DNA from: Escherichia phage UE-S1
Direction: 5' to 3' (one strand)
Sequence record: ON568341.1
Length of the DNA stretch: 64,000 bases
Part shown: positions 44,366 to 54,359 of the stretch, piece after piece
Numbering within the stretch: position 1 is the stretch's first letter
How the letters are laid out: every line of letters starts with the position of its first letter
Notes under the pieces: generated by a model
Database searches by the model: none
What the model saw: only the letters and a program-made list of their open reading frames with translations
What the model was told of the DNA's origin: nothing
Position numbers and translations under genes: made by a program

Positions 44366-44577
44366 TTCATTTATCTTACTATGAATATCAAAAACGTTTA
44401 AATGCATCAAGAGGTATAAGGATTCAAATCTTCAATAACAAAAGATTGAAATCTGAAGCCAAAAAAATCAAAATCATAGAAGCAGAGTTGTGCAACTTTC
44501 TAGGGACGAACTATCAGGAAGGTAAGATAAAAAACTATCTTAGAGAACTAATGATTAGTATCAAGAGTAAATGTTAG
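44356..44577 (+). CDS. LGTNYQE-family small protein
   Basis: motif LGTNYQEGKI. Confidence 0.55.
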   Translation: MQMIHLSYYEYQKRLNASRGIRIQIFNNKRLKSEAKKIKIIEAELCNFLGTNYQEGKIKNYLRELMISIKSKC

Positions 44578-44581
44578 GCAG

Positions 44582-44839
44582 ATGTACATGAAAATGATTA
44601 AATTATCTCAAGCAAAATATAAAGAACGCCTGGAAAAAATTACACCTAAACTTAATGAAATCCATCACGGAGAAGTCATTAAACACGGAAATAAGATGAT
44701 TATGAAACTTGAGTTAAAGGTGGGTGCATTCATAGGAACAAACTATCAGGAGTATTATGTAGATGAATACATAATCGCACTTAAGAGATACATTGGAAGA
44801 AAACTATATCTACAAACTAAAGAATTGTATTGCAAATAA
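44582..44839 (+). CDS. LGTNYQE-family small protein
   Basis: motif IGTNYQEYYV; true start may be ATG 44588. Confidence 0.5.
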   Translation: MYMKMIKLSQAKYKERLEKITPKLNEIHHGEVIKHGNKMIMKLELKVGAFIGTNYQEYYVDEYIIALKRYIGRKLYLQTKELYCK

Positions 44840-45120
44840 ATGTGAGGTTGATGAACATGCAAATGATTAATTTAAGTAAAGATGAATATACCGAGCGTAT
44901 GACAAAAATTACGCACAAACGTAATACAATCTATCACAACCCAGAAATTCAACACAGTAAGAAAATGATTATGATGCGTGAGTTAAAGATGGGTGTATTC
45001 TTAGGAACAAACTATCAAGATACAGAAGTAAATCGCTTAATCGCGGAGTTACTACTGGAAATCAGAGGTAAGCTGTACTTTCATCAAATGACCCAACCAC
45101 TGAGGTGTACTAAGAAATGA
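44830..45120 (+). CDS. LGTNYQE-family small protein
   Basis: motif LGTNYQDTEV; true start may be an internal ATG near 44857. Confidence 0.5.
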   Translation: MQINVRLMNMQMINLSKDEYTERMTKITHKRNTIYHNPEIQHSKKMIMMRELKMGVFLGTNYQDTEVNRLIAELLLEIRGKLYFHQMTQPLRCTKK

Positions 45121-45332
45121 TCAACATCACATTGCAAGAAAGATTCATCCGAATCAACTATGCAATTACCAAATTAGATGCTACTATAGGATTCCAAAGT
45201 CTACCGTTCCAAACAAGAATGATATTAGAGTGCGAAGCTAAATTGGGTGTACTGTTAGGAACGCAACACCAACAACGATATGTGGAAATCTGGATTGATC
45301 TTTTAACCCAAAATGTACATGAGAAAATGTAA
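45117..45332 (+). CDS. LGTNYQE-family small protein
   Basis: ATGA overlap; motif LGTQHQQRYV. Confidence 0.55.
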   Translation: MINITLQERFIRINYAITKLDATIGFQSLPFQTRMILECEAKLGVLLGTQHQQRYVEIWIDLLTQNVHEKM

Positions 45333-45569
45333 ATGAAAAATGAAATGATATACTTAACGAATGAAGAGTTTCAAGAGAAGATGTTAAAAATCTATGATAA
45401 TACTCTTGAGTACGTTCCAAATCAATCAATATATGAAGTGTCTGCGAATGTATTATTTCAGAAGCTACCATACGTTCTTGGTACTGATAAACAAGAATTT
45501 ATGGTCAAAAATATGATTGAACATCTTATGATGAGTATTAAGGAAAAAGTAAATGCAAAAACAAAATAA
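45333..45569 (+). CDS. LGTNYQE-family small protein
   Basis: TAAATG junction; motif LGTDKQEFMV. Confidence 0.55.
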   Translation: MKNEMIYLTNEEFQEKMLKIYDNTLEYVPNQSIYEVSANVLFQKLPYVLGTDKQEFMVKNMIEHLMMSIKEKVNAKTK

Positions 45570-45816
45570 AATGATATACTTAACACCTGCTGAGTTAACA
45601 GAAAGACTAGTTAAATCCAGAAGATATACAAATCAACTTCCTCACAACCCAAATCAAAGCCCAGCGGAAAGGAGTGCAGAAGTTTTATTCCAATCACTAC
45701 CATACCTTCTTGGAACTAATAGACAAGAGTATCATATCGAACGTATAATTAAATATCTTAAAATTACTATTAAGGAAAAGATACATGCTCAAGAATTTAA
45801 AAATCCTAACAGCTAA
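45553..45816 (+). CDS. LGTNYQE-family small protein
   Basis: motif LGTNRQEYHI. Confidence 0.55.
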   Translation: MQKQNKMIYLTPAELTERLVKSRRYTNQLPHNPNQSPAERSAEVLFQSLPYLLGTNRQEYHIERIIKYLKITIKEKIHAQEFKNPNS

Positions 45817-46027
45817 TGAATATCATAAGATTGTAATGACGACTAATAGTGCAATTTCTAAAAAATCAAATCCCAAATACATACTGGAACACACATTTGA
45901 AGAACGACAATTAACTTTAGTTGAAGCAAAACTTCTTGCACTCCTAGGAACAAACTATCAAGAAGAGTACGTTAGAAAACTAATATACCTTTTAACTAAA
46001 CATATTAGAAAAAAGAAAAACGCATGA
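45785..46027 (+). CDS. LGTNYQE-family small protein
   Basis: motif LGTNYQEEYV. Confidence 0.55.
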   Translation: MLKNLKILTANEYHKIVMTTNSAISKKSNPKYILEHTFEERQLTLVEAKLLALLGTNYQEEYVRKLIYLLTKHIRKKKNA

Positions 46028-46254
46028 AACACTTGACAGATGATGAACATGGGCTTATAGTAATGGATGTAATCAACATCGAATACAAAAAGTTGATACG
46101 CTACCGTTGTTATGAAGATAAGCAACTCGTTCTAGAAGAACAGAAGTTGTTTCGACTCTTAAACACAAACTACCAAGCACAATACGAAGAATCGTATATG
46201 TACCTTTTGGCGAGGAAAGCAAAAAGAGATTATGAAAATTTTAAGCGAAGGTGA
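46024..46254 (+). CDS. LGTNYQE-family small protein
   Basis: ATGA overlap; motif LNTNYQAQYE. Confidence 0.55.
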   Translation: MKHLTDDEHGLIVMDVINIEYKKLIRYRCYEDKQLVLEEQKLFRLLNTNYQAQYEESYMYLLARKAKRDYENFKRR

Positions 46255-46447
46255 TGCAGTAATATTACTTATCGAGAATTCACGTAAATTCGTAAACATA
46301 ACACTGTCTGATATAGATGAAGATGACAAAGAAGTACTGAGAGCAGATTTAAGAGTACTGTTACATCTCGGAACAAACCTACAAGAAAGATATGTAGAGT
46401 TCTACATTGATGAACTTAAAGAATCAGTACTGAAAAGATGCAAATGA
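46232..46447 (+). CDS. LGTNYQE-family small protein
   Basis: motif LGTNLQERYV. Confidence 0.55.
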   Translation: MKILSEGDAVILLIENSRKFVNITLSDIDEDDKEVLRADLRVLLHLGTNLQERYVEFYIDELKESVLKRCK

Positions 46448-46665
46448 AAATCATTACTGACGAAGAATACCTAACAATCATAAATGGACTGTTTTTGAAG
46501 CTATATGCTATTAACATATCAAACCTACCAGATATGGATAAAATTATTAAGAGAAATGAAATCTATGTTCTAGCTACCCTGGGAACTAACTATCAAGAAT
46601 ACGATATTAATGATTATATTAAGACACTTAAACGAGCGATTGAACTAAAATGCCAAAACCACTAG
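46438..46665 (+). CDS. LGTNYQE-family small protein
   Basis: motif LGTNYQEYDI. Confidence 0.55.
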   Translation: MQMKIITDEEYLTIINGLFLKLYAINISNLPDMDKIIKRNEIYVLATLGTNYQEYDINDYIKTLKRAIELKCQNH

Positions 46666-46865
46666 GAACAGCAGAATACATTGAACTCATGGGATTACAC
46701 TTCTCATCCTTTCAGAAACTTATGCGAGAATCAAAGAATGATTTAGAATATACCATCAGAGGTTCAGATTTAAGAATGCTTCTCACCCTAGACACAGATT
46801 CCCAAGAGCGATTTGTCAATGAGCACATTAGAGCACTTTTAATGGAAATTCAAAGTAAACTATGA
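46650..46865 (+). CDS. LGTNYQE-family small protein (divergent)
   Basis: motif LDTDSQERFV. Confidence 0.5.
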   Translation: MPKPLGTAEYIELMGLHFSSFQKLMRESKNDLEYTIRGSDLRMLLTLDTDSQERFVNEHIRALLMEIQSKL

Positions 46866-47077
46866 AGGAAATATCAAACCAAGAGTACTTGGCACTATTC
46901 AGAAAGAATAATCATAAATTTATGGCACTTGATACAAGAACTGATATAGGGGAACTTGAAAAAAATCTTTTGCGTTCAGAGATGATAGTACTGACACTTT
47001 TAGGAACACAGCATCAAGAGAGAACTGTTAATTCATATATTGAGATTCTTACGAAGCTTATACAGGAAAAACTATGA
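46862..47077 (+). CDS. LGTNYQE-family small protein
   Basis: ATGA overlap; motif LGTQHQERTV. Confidence 0.55.
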   Translation: MKEISNQEYLALFRKNNHKFMALDTRTDIGELEKNLLRSEMIVLTLLGTQHQERTVNSYIEILTKLIQEKL

Positions 47078-47295
47078 GAATCATAACACAAACAGACATA
47101 TTTAAGTTAGCAAGAGAACATACATCTGAAATTGATGCTATAGTATCAAAAAGTTACAATGACCCTTATACACAAGATGTACACTACAATGAATTATGGG
47201 TGTATATACTTTTAGGTACAAATTATCAAGAGCAAGCAGTACAGAAGTATTTGACAGCCTTAAGTACTGCTATTGCTAATGGAATAGGTGTTTAA
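47074..47295 (+). CDS. LGTNYQE-family small protein
   Basis: ATGA overlap; motif LGTNYQEQAV. Confidence 0.55.
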   Translation: MRIITQTDIFKLAREHTSEIDAIVSKSYNDPYTQDVHYNELWVYILLGTNYQEQAVQKYLTALSTAIANGIGV

Positions 47296-47539
47296 AATGC
47301 TAGTACTGACAGAACTAGAAATGTATCATAGATTTAACAAGTACTATCATTTACTTAAGCCTATACAGAGGATTAAATGTCCATTTGAAGAGAAACAGGT
47401 ATTAATTTATGAGCATAAGTTATTTGTATCATTAGGTACGAATGAACAAGAGTATTATTTGAAGTTGTACTTAATTACTTTAATTGAATTGATTAATCAC
47501 AAAACTCAGAAAGCTAAGAAATCTAAAAATGAAAACTAA
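47288..47539 (+). CDS. LGTNYQE-family small protein
   Basis: motif LGTNEQEYYL. Confidence 0.55.
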   Translation: MFKMLVLTELEMYHRFNKYYHLLKPIQRIKCPFEEKQVLIYEHKLFVSLGTNEQEYYLKLYLITLIELINHKTQKAKKSKNEN

Positions 47540-47867
47540 TATTCAACTCAAGGTATACATATCTTATGAATCTATATACATCAAATGCAGTCTATGTAAA
47601 GATGTAATGGATTATAAAGGTAAGCCATTCACAATTACTTACAGTCTAACAGGAGGTTTTTATATATCTTTTGTTGATTACGAAAATAAAATATACAAGC
47701 ACATTGATATTAAAGATTTAAGTACCTTGTCAGATGAGGAATACTTTCAAGAATCATTAGTATGGGATTTAGAGTTTCCTATGACATTAGTACACAAAAT
47801 GATAGTTCTAATGAAAGAAACTAAACCTGAGCCGAGTGGTTATGAAGAATTCATTATTGAGTATTAA
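47529..47867 (+). CDS. FQxSLVxD-family protein (first member, interleaved with LGTNYQE array)
   Basis: motif EEYFQESLVWDLEFPM. Confidence 0.55.
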   Translation: MKTNIQLKVYISYESIYIKCSLCKDVMDYKGKPFTITYSLTGGFYISFVDYENKIYKHIDIKDLSTLSDEEYFQESLVWDLEFPMTLVHKMIVLMKETKPEPSGYEEFIIEY

Positions 47868-47879
47868 GAGTACTGATAT

Positions 47880-48095
47880 ATGAAAATATTATCATACAAA
47901 GATTATAGTAAGCTTATCAGTGCTTTGCAACCAGAAATTAGGAGAATTAATTCTCTTCCTGTATCTAATGCAGAATGTACAGTACTGAAAAAAGAGTTAA
48001 TATTAAAACGCACAGTAGGTACTAACTATCAGGATAATAGTGTTCGAGATTTAATTAGAGGGTTAATGAACACAATAAAGGCCAAGTGCCATTGA
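47880..48095 (+). CDS. LGTNYQE-family small protein
   Basis: motif VGTNYQDNSV. Confidence 0.55.
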   Translation: MKILSYKDYSKLISALQPEIRRINSLPVSNAECTVLKKELILKRTVGTNYQDNSVRDLIRGLMNTIKAKCH

Positions 48096-48159
48096 CAGTA
48101 CTTGACGGAGCTTTTCATTACTGATATAGTACACAAACGTTAATCATAGGGTAGAAATT

Positions 48160-48405
48160 ATGTTAAAATTTTTAAATTTCCTTATCGTCTTGTGTATTGT
48201 TCTTGGGATTGCACCGTTTGTACTGGTGTATATGGATTCAGATGAAATGCAAAAGATGAATTGCACAAAGACGGGACAGAGTAGAGAAGAGACGATTCTT
48301 ATGCCTGTTACCGTTATTGTTAATAATATGCCCATTACAAACATGGTCCCTAACCTAACGACAACGTACCAGTACTCTTGTACAGACGGGGAGAGGTGGA
48401 GATGA
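48160..48405 (+). CDS. small membrane protein (81 aa)
   Basis: Hydrophobic N-terminus FLNFLIVLCIVLGIAPFVLV; promoter-like TTGACG-17-TATAGT upstream. Confidence 0.45.
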   Translation: MLKFLNFLIVLCIVLGIAPFVLVYMDSDEMQKMNCTKTGQSREETILMPVTVIVNNMPITNMVPNLTTTYQYSCTDGERWR

Positions 48406-48722
48406 AATTTAATATAGCAAAAACATCGAATGTATGTATATTTGGTTATGCAGATGAGTTAGGTGATCTTGACATTCTTTTGTACAAAAAGGATGGTGTT
48501 ATGCATTTCAAGTACCAGGATGAAGAGGCAGACAATTATCCTTTACCTAATTTAGTACAAATGCAGGAAGAGGAATTATTCCAGTACAGCTTAGTATATG
48601 ACATTGATATTTGCACGATGCCAGTACTAATTAATATTCAAAAAGTGATGCTCGATGTGTTTGATAGGCTAATACAAGGCACACAAGGAAGAACCATATA
48701 TGTCAATGTACAAGACAATTAA
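48402..48722 (+). CDS. FQxSLVxD-family protein
   Basis: ATG 48402 after GGAGAGGTGGAG SD; motif EEELFQYSLVYDIDICTMP. Confidence 0.55.
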   Translation: MKFNIAKTSNVCIFGYADELGDLDILLYKKDGVMHFKYQDEEADNYPLPNLVQMQEEELFQYSLVYDIDICTMPVLINIQKVMLDVFDRLIQGTQGRTIYVNVQDN

Positions 48723-48915
48723 TCAAGAATGGAAGACCCAAAAATACAGAGAATTCAATAGGAATTTTACAAAAGACGAATTGAATATAAAAACAACAGA
48801 ATTTGATATGTTTATTTTTCTCGGAACACGTTCACAGGAGCAATTTGTTCATTATTATATAAATTCGTTGCGAACGGAGATAGTATGCAAAACAAAGGGT
48901 ATTATAAAAAGGTAA
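48700..48915 (+). CDS. LGTNYQE-like small protein (divergent)
   Basis: motif LGTRSQEQFV. Confidence 0.5.
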   Translation: MSMYKTINQEWKTQKYREFNRNFTKDELNIKTTEFDMFIFLGTRSQEQFVHYYINSLRTEIVCKTKGIIKR

Positions 48916-49151
48916 ACCAACATTTGTACGCTACAAAGTACAGGGATTTTTGTTTAAAGGGTGGTGATGAAGATTTTTCTTTGCGATTATCAGAATTTAA
49001 TCTGTTATTTTATCTTGGTACATCGGAACAAGAAGAAATGGCACAGAAATTTATCAAGCACCTTGTACAAAAAATTAATATGCAAATTTTGATGCTTAAG
49101 TTACAGAATGAGATAAATGAATATGAACCCAACAATAGTACTGGATCTTAA
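48885..49151 (+). CDS. LGTNYQE-like small protein (divergent)
   Basis: motif LGTSEQEEMA. Confidence 0.5.
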   Translation: MQNKGYYKKVNQHLYATKYRDFCLKGGDEDFSLRLSEFNLLFYLGTSEQEEMAQKFIKHLVQKINMQILMLKLQNEINEYEPNNSTGS

Positions 49152-49506
49152 AAAAGTAATATTTCTATTGAATGCCAGAAGTGAATTGTATACAGAGTTA
49201 AAAGAGATTAATGCATTTTATCAGAATTTTGTAATCCAAGAGTTCAGTGATTTAATTACAGATGCATTATTTGAATTCTCGGAGAAATACAAAGGAGCCG
49301 AGTTCAGTGTTAAGAATGTATTACGTCCTTTATCTAAGCGTATAATAAAATTGGATCATTTTAAATTTGACAATAAAGATTTATTCAGCTATAATCCTAA
49401 TACAGCTTTATATTTTATTCCTGATTCAGACAAAGATCACCCAATTCATTACGGATGGATTCTGTCGTACATAGAACAAGGAAAGGAGTATCCTATTAAA
49501 TGGTAA
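49117..49506 (+). CDS. hypothetical protein (129 aa)
   Basis: ORF in array; no family motif recognised. Confidence 0.45.
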   Translation: MNMNPTIVLDLKKVIFLLNARSELYTELKEINAFYQNFVIQEFSDLITDALFEFSEKYKGAEFSVKNVLRPLSKRIIKLDHFKFDNKDLFSYNPNTALYFIPDSDKDHPIHYGWILSYIEQGKEYPIKW

Positions 49507-49660
49507 GATTATGGCGTTTAGATTATTACACAATTAATGTAAATTATTTGCTGAGTAATATAAAATCCGATTACAAAATATGGATAAAGAACAGAGATAG
49601 TATGTGTTATGAATTTTATTTAGATTATGCTATCAAACGATTTTTAAGAGAAGAACATTA

Positions 49661-49864
49661 GTGCAAAATAGTAATACGATAACATTAAATGCATTACAGG
49701 ATTCATTATTAGATAGTATTAAGATGTATTACAATATACATTTGAGGGGTGGCATTGATGATTATAATTATTATTTGAGTTTAATTGTAATTGAGCACCT
49801 TTCAGTACAGGACAGGATTTTACATCCTACAAATCCTATGTATCCATCAATAGGTAAATTATGA
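49661..49864 (+). CDS. hypothetical protein (67 aa)
   Basis: ORF; ATGA coupling to next gene. Confidence 0.4.
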   Translation: MQNSNTITLNALQDSLLDSIKMYYNIHLRGGIDDYNYYLSLIVIEHLSVQDRILHPTNPMYPSIGKL

Positions 49865-50418
49865 ATGAGATAGAGTTATTAGCACACAAGATAAGTACAA
49901 TAATGCTTATCCTCAATAACAACCATCCTATATCGCAGATAGATGGAATCCTGAGTCAGAGGACAGGTGGTAGTTTATATTTGTCCATAAACGCAAATAT
50001 CGCAAGGAAATACATTGACATTGGTGATGTTGATGCTGAAATCGAATGTGATACAACTGGAATTGTTGATGTAGGTGCATTAATCAGTTCAAATCCTGTA
50101 TCAGTATCCCCATTGACCAAAGGTGTTAGTACAGGATTCGAAGGATATTTGTGGTATAATGCTAATGATAATTATTTTATATATCAGCATTCCAATACAA
50201 ATTATGATGAAGATAAATTTGAGTTCATTGACCCTTATGATGAAGCTGGAGTATTTCAACAATCATTAATCACAAAACCACATCAAATGATGTATCTAAT
50301 GTTATTCAGTACAATGAATTTGAATCCATTAATTAATGGTTTAAAGTTTTATATTCAATTGAATCTGGTTCATATAGTTTATGATTTATTAATGCAAGGA
50401 TATAGTTATGAAGTATAA
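49861..50418 (+). CDS. FQxSLVxD-family protein (185 aa)
   Basis: motif DEAGVFQQSLITKPHQ. Confidence 0.5.
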   Translation: MNEIELLAHKISTIMLILNNNHPISQIDGILSQRTGGSLYLSINANIARKYIDIGDVDAEIECDTTGIVDVGALISSNPVSVSPLTKGVSTGFEGYLWYNANDNYFIYQHSNTNYDEDKFEFIDPYDEAGVFQQSLITKPHQMMYLMLFSTMNLNPLINGLKFYIQLNLVHIVYDLLMQGYSYEV

Positions 50419-50710
50419 AATGATGTATACTCCAGATATGATTTATGTTGAATTAGAAGACGATGACGACGGGTGGAATTTGATTTATTCAATTAGTTCA
50501 GGTTGGTACATGGCACATTTAAATGATAACAAAGTTACAGATTATTTTGTAGATTTCAACACCTTATCCGATGAAGAATTGTTTCAACAACAATTAGTGA
50601 TTGATACAGGTGGTTATGATGTGTTATTATTAAAAAAGATACAGAAAGCTGTTATTGATTTTAAGCCCAATATGTTGCAAAGGAAATATTATGACATCGA
50701 AGTACAATAA
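50408..50710 (+). CDS. FQxSLVxD-family protein
   Basis: motif DEELFQQQLVIDTGGYD. Confidence 0.55.
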   Translation: MKYKMMYTPDMIYVELEDDDDGWNLIYSISSGWYMAHLNDNKVTDYFVDFNTLSDEELFQQQLVIDTGGYDVLLLKKIQKAVIDFKPNMLQRKYYDIEVQ

Positions 50711-51044
50711 TGTATTTGATATTAAGAAATTAAAAGAATGGGTTTATAGTATTGAAATTGAAGCAATTCCTTATCATAGATACAAACAATATGATTTATG
50801 TAATATAGATATTCGTGAGTTGTACGCATATTATCAGAGTGCATTAGAGATGCATAAGATATTTTTGAGTTCAAATTACATGACACGTTGTAATGATGCT
50901 TTTAAAGAATTTAATAATTATAATTTAGTACAAAAATATGTAGTATCAAAGTACATGTACAATCAAGGAATTAAAGGTTGTATTGAATTCAATTCGGTCT
51001 TTGCTTTAGTTGAGATAATTTTATGCAGTACATGTCTGATTTAG
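50691..51044 (+). CDS. hypothetical protein (117 aa)
   Basis: ATG 50691 after AGGAAA; track ORF 50655 trimmed. Confidence 0.45.
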   Translation: MTSKYNNVFDIKKLKEWVYSIEIEAIPYHRYKQYDLCNIDIRELYAYYQSALEMHKIFLSSNYMTRCNDAFKEFNNYNLVQKYVVSKYMYNQGIKGCIEFNSVFALVEIILCSTCLI

Positions 51045-51520
51045 AGTTTAGTTTAGATGCTGCTTTTAAATTTGTACACAAGATAGAAACAATATATCGT
51101 ACATTATGTGCAATACGATTAGTAACATCTGAACTTGATGTTGGTAAAAGGTATCAGGTATGGAATAACACATTTCTAGACAAAGAGCGTTGTTCAACTG
51201 GGTTTAATATTTTATCATTTAATCCAAGTAATTGTTACCCAGAGAAGCATGAGCGTTATCCGAATGATGACATGTGGTTTGAGTACAAAGAAGATGGTGA
51301 TATGTCGTTCATTGAAGTTCCTGATGATTTTAATGCACAAGATTTAACTGAAGAATGGTGGTTCCAGCAGAATTTAGTCCACGATGATATTGATTTATTT
51401 TTTTATGTAGTATTTAAAATGCTTTATCATAACAAGATAGTACAAGATAGTGTATTTTTTTCATGTCTATATATTGATGATTTGTACAATGAAATTCAAA
51501 TCAACATGCCTGTATCGTAA
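51023..51520 (+). CDS. FQxSLVxD-family protein
   Basis: motif EEWWFQQNLVHDDIDLF. Confidence 0.55.
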   Translation: MQYMSDLEFSLDAAFKFVHKIETIYRTLCAIRLVTSELDVGKRYQVWNNTFLDKERCSTGFNILSFNPSNCYPEKHERYPNDDMWFEYKEDGDMSFIEVPDDFNAQDLTEEWWFQQNLVHDDIDLFFYVVFKMLYHNKIVQDSVFFSCLYIDDLYNEIQINMPVS

Positions 51521-51600
51521 GATATGGGCTTTTTTTGTTTTGGTATTGACATAGAAGTACAAAACTGTTATCATGGGTAATCATTTTAAAGGAGGAATTT

Positions 51601-52134
51601 ATGGCGAGTTTTATGGTTCCAAGTACATACGAAGATGCATCAAGTGCAGTGCATAAGGTTCATCATATTTTTAATTTAATTATTAATGCATCAAAAAATA
51701 AAATGTATGCACCTCTAGTGAAATTTAATAAAAATGAGGAAATTTTTGTTAGTACAGAACAAACGATTTTTCCATATTTCAATAAAGATAGATTATGGTT
51801 CATGCATTCAGTCGCATTACAAAGATATAATATAACAAGATCCAACGAAAATCATAATCCAAGATATTTGCATATATCGTTATACCATCCCGATATTGGA
51901 GAGGATGAATATTTTCAGTACAGCACAGTACACCACCATGAAGATATCTTTGCTGCTATGCTTATTGCTAAATTGAACACCGTTGATTTGGAGAAGCACA
52001 AATACAATAATAAATCATGTAAGATCATAATCCCTGCATTCATAGCTCTTTATGATTATGTGGTGCATAACAAAAAAGATGATACATATGCTTTCAATGA
52101 AGAGTATTTGAATTTTTTTAAGGAGAACATATGA
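51601..52134 (+). CDS. FQxSLVxD-family protein
   Basis: AAGGAGGA SD; motif EDEYFQYSTVHHHEDIF; promoter-like TTGACA-17-TATCAT upstream. Confidence 0.55.
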   Translation: MASFMVPSTYEDASSAVHKVHHIFNLIINASKNKMYAPLVKFNKNEEIFVSTEQTIFPYFNKDRLWFMHSVALQRYNITRSNENHNPRYLHISLYHPDIGEDEYFQYSTVHHHEDIFAAMLIAKLNTVDLEKHKYNNKSCKIIIPAFIALYDYVVHNKKDDTYAFNEEYLNFFKENI

Positions 52135-52661
52135 GCAGTACAACAGTACAGAAAGCAATGACATTCAATGAAATTGGTACATTTAAAGATAAGATCATTG
52201 ATTGCCTTGAATACATGATTTGTAGTAATATTGAGAGTATCGAAATATTTAACAAGAGAAATCGCTCTTACCATATGATGTACACTGCAAAAAATACTGG
52301 TATCATTCCATTTATTTCGGATAGCACAATATGGTACGCATGTGATACGAAAAAATACACAGCAGGTTCGTATAGCGTAGGGTCACATACGGAATTGATT
52401 ATTCCTGAGCATTGTATACAAGAAGAAGAATATTTTCAAATGCAATGTGTACATTCACCATTAGAGTTGTTTAGTTTATATATGATACCGTATATTTCTA
52501 AATGTGTTCATGAGAATAAAGCTCCGTGGAATCATGAATTTGTATCGTTGAAGTTATTGTATAATGTATTAGTAGAATATTATGATTACAGGCACAATGG
52601 TACAATCAGTGATGTATGGGATTTTGAATCGCTAAGGGTGAAAACATACACAGGTGAATGA
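52131..52661 (+). CDS. FQxSLVxD-family protein
   Basis: ATGA overlap; motif EEEYFQMQCVHSPLELF. Confidence 0.55.
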   Translation: MSSTTVQKAMTFNEIGTFKDKIIDCLEYMICSNIESIEIFNKRNRSYHMMYTAKNTGIIPFISDSTIWYACDTKKYTAGSYSVGSHTELIIPEHCIQEEEYFQMQCVHSPLELFSLYMIPYISKCVHENKAPWNHEFVSLKLLYNVLVEYYDYRHNGTISDVWDFESLRVKTYTGE

Positions 52662-53277
52662 TATGACCAGAATTAAAATGTATGATTTGATGCAGTACAG
52701 TAAAATTGCAATTCCAGTACTTAATAAAGTGCTGGATGCATTCATTGCCAAATACCCTGAGAATTCAGAGTTACGCATTCCATTTCGTGTACCAGATAAA
52801 GATGATATATTCCAAGTGAATGTCAGTACACGTGGTATTACATTGCAGCAGAAATACATGGATACAGAATATTATGGAATAAAGTTGGATTCAGTTCAGG
52901 GTTCGAAATCAGCCTATGATTTTTTTGTTCCTAATAATATAGAGTCATGGGAAACAAACATTTCAAAGAAAGATGAAAATGATGTTCCTATTAGCGGTGA
53001 ATTAAACAATAAAGTTTTTTATTATTACGAAACTGATAAATTCCCTGAAGAGTTATATTACAATTCAGAAATGAGTGAAGATGTAGATGCATTTATGTTT
53101 CAATTATCTTTAGTACATGATATCATCGACGTTCAAGAGTTAAGAGCAGAAATCAATTTAGCTAAAGAGTTGTCGGACATGTTGCCACCGTTTAGTATGA
53201 TTTTTTGTGAAGGAGGTTATTTTACAAAAGAAGTGTTTGAACATTTCGTAGATGTTGTAAAAGGGTTGGATATATAG
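52654..53277 (+). CDS. FQxSLVxD-family protein
   Basis: motif DAFMFQLSLVHDIIDV. Confidence 0.55.
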   Translation: MNDMTRIKMYDLMQYSKIAIPVLNKVLDAFIAKYPENSELRIPFRVPDKDDIFQVNVSTRGITLQQKYMDTEYYGIKLDSVQGSKSAYDFFVPNNIESWETNISKKDENDVPISGELNNKVFYYYETDKFPEELYYNSEMSEDVDAFMFQLSLVHDIIDVQELRAEINLAKELSDMLPPFSMIFCEGGYFTKEVFEHFVDVVKGLDI

Positions 53278-53278
53278 T

Positions 53279-53473
53279 ATGCTTACTGATGATATTAAAC
53301 AAAAATACCGTAAGTTTGATTGGTTCACCGACAGTTTCCAGCTTGAATTACTGCATTTGAATATAAGTGAGACATTATGTGCAGAAACACAAGATGAATT
53401 TGATGACAGAGTTCTTAACATAGTAATGCTTTCTTGCTTTAAACATTTTGGTTATTTTTTCGAACAGGATTAA
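53279..53473 (+). CDS. hypothetical protein (64 aa)
   Basis: ORF tightly following previous gene. Confidence 0.4.
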   Translation: MLTDDIKQKYRKFDWFTDSFQLELLHLNISETLCAETQDEFDDRVLNIVMLSCFKHFGYFFEQD

Positions 53474-53481
53474 GGTACAAA

Positions 53482-53997
53482 ATGCATCAACACAAGCATC
53501 ATTCATATGATTTTGCAATTAACATTATGAAGTTCATTCGAGCGTTGGAGGATGGGAAGCTTAGTCATAAGTACAGGAAAGAGGGTAACAATTGGTTCAG
53601 AAATGATTCCGAGTTCAGGAGTCATAACATCGTGTATAGCAATCAGTACAGTGCCAATTACCTACAAGATGTAGTGATGTGTTTTGAATATGTATTGCAG
53701 TTCAGGGGTACAATCCAGAATGAATTAATGGATCACATGTACATCCGATACCTTCCAATGCATAAAGATGAAAATGCATTATTAGGTTCAATATACCAAC
53801 GAGTAAGGGAAATTGAGTGCAGGGATATATTAGATACAGAAGAATCGTATTTCCAGCAATCTCTTATTACTGCACCTGATTCATTACAGGCACATAATTT
53901 GTTTAATACATTACGTCAGAACATCAGTACAGACATATTTTTGTCATTATTGGATTATGATACATTTGTCAAAGATTTAGAGGAAATAGGTTTATGA
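53482..53997 (+). CDS. FQxSLVxD-family protein
   Basis: motif EESYFQQSLITAPDSL. Confidence 0.55.
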   Translation: MHQHKHHSYDFAINIMKFIRALEDGKLSHKYRKEGNNWFRNDSEFRSHNIVYSNQYSANYLQDVVMCFEYVLQFRGTIQNELMDHMYIRYLPMHKDENALLGSIYQRVREIECRDILDTEESYFQQSLITAPDSLQAHNLFNTLRQNISTDIFLSLLDYDTFVKDLEEIGL

Positions 53998-54350
53998 GTA
54001 TATTTTCGGTTTGTGTGGTAAACATAAAAAGTGATGGTAGTTTAATTGAATTTGAACTAGTTGATGACGATTATAATGCATATGGTATTAAAGTACAGGG
54101 CAATGATGTACAGTTCAGTGCAAGAACAGATTATGAAAATCCAGTCCATGTTCCTAATTTCATAGAAGATGAAGCAACCCGATTCCAATACGAAACGGTA
54201 TATGACAATGTACATATGCATATTGTTATGCAACAAAGTTTAGTTCAATTAGTTCCTTTGTTCAGACAAAATATATATGTACACGAGATAACGATTGGTG
54301 GCATAAGTAAATCCGTGTTATTCCGTACAATTGATTCCTATGATATGTAA
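53994..54350 (+). CDS. FQxSLVxD-family protein
   Basis: ATGA overlap; motif EATRFQYETVYDNVHMH. Confidence 0.5.
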   Translation: MSIFSVCVVNIKSDGSLIEFELVDDDYNAYGIKVQGNDVQFSARTDYENPVHVPNFIEDEATRFQYETVYDNVHMHIVMQQSLVQLVPLFRQNIYVHEITIGGISKSVLFRTIDSYDM

Positions 54351-54359
54351 GGAAGTACA

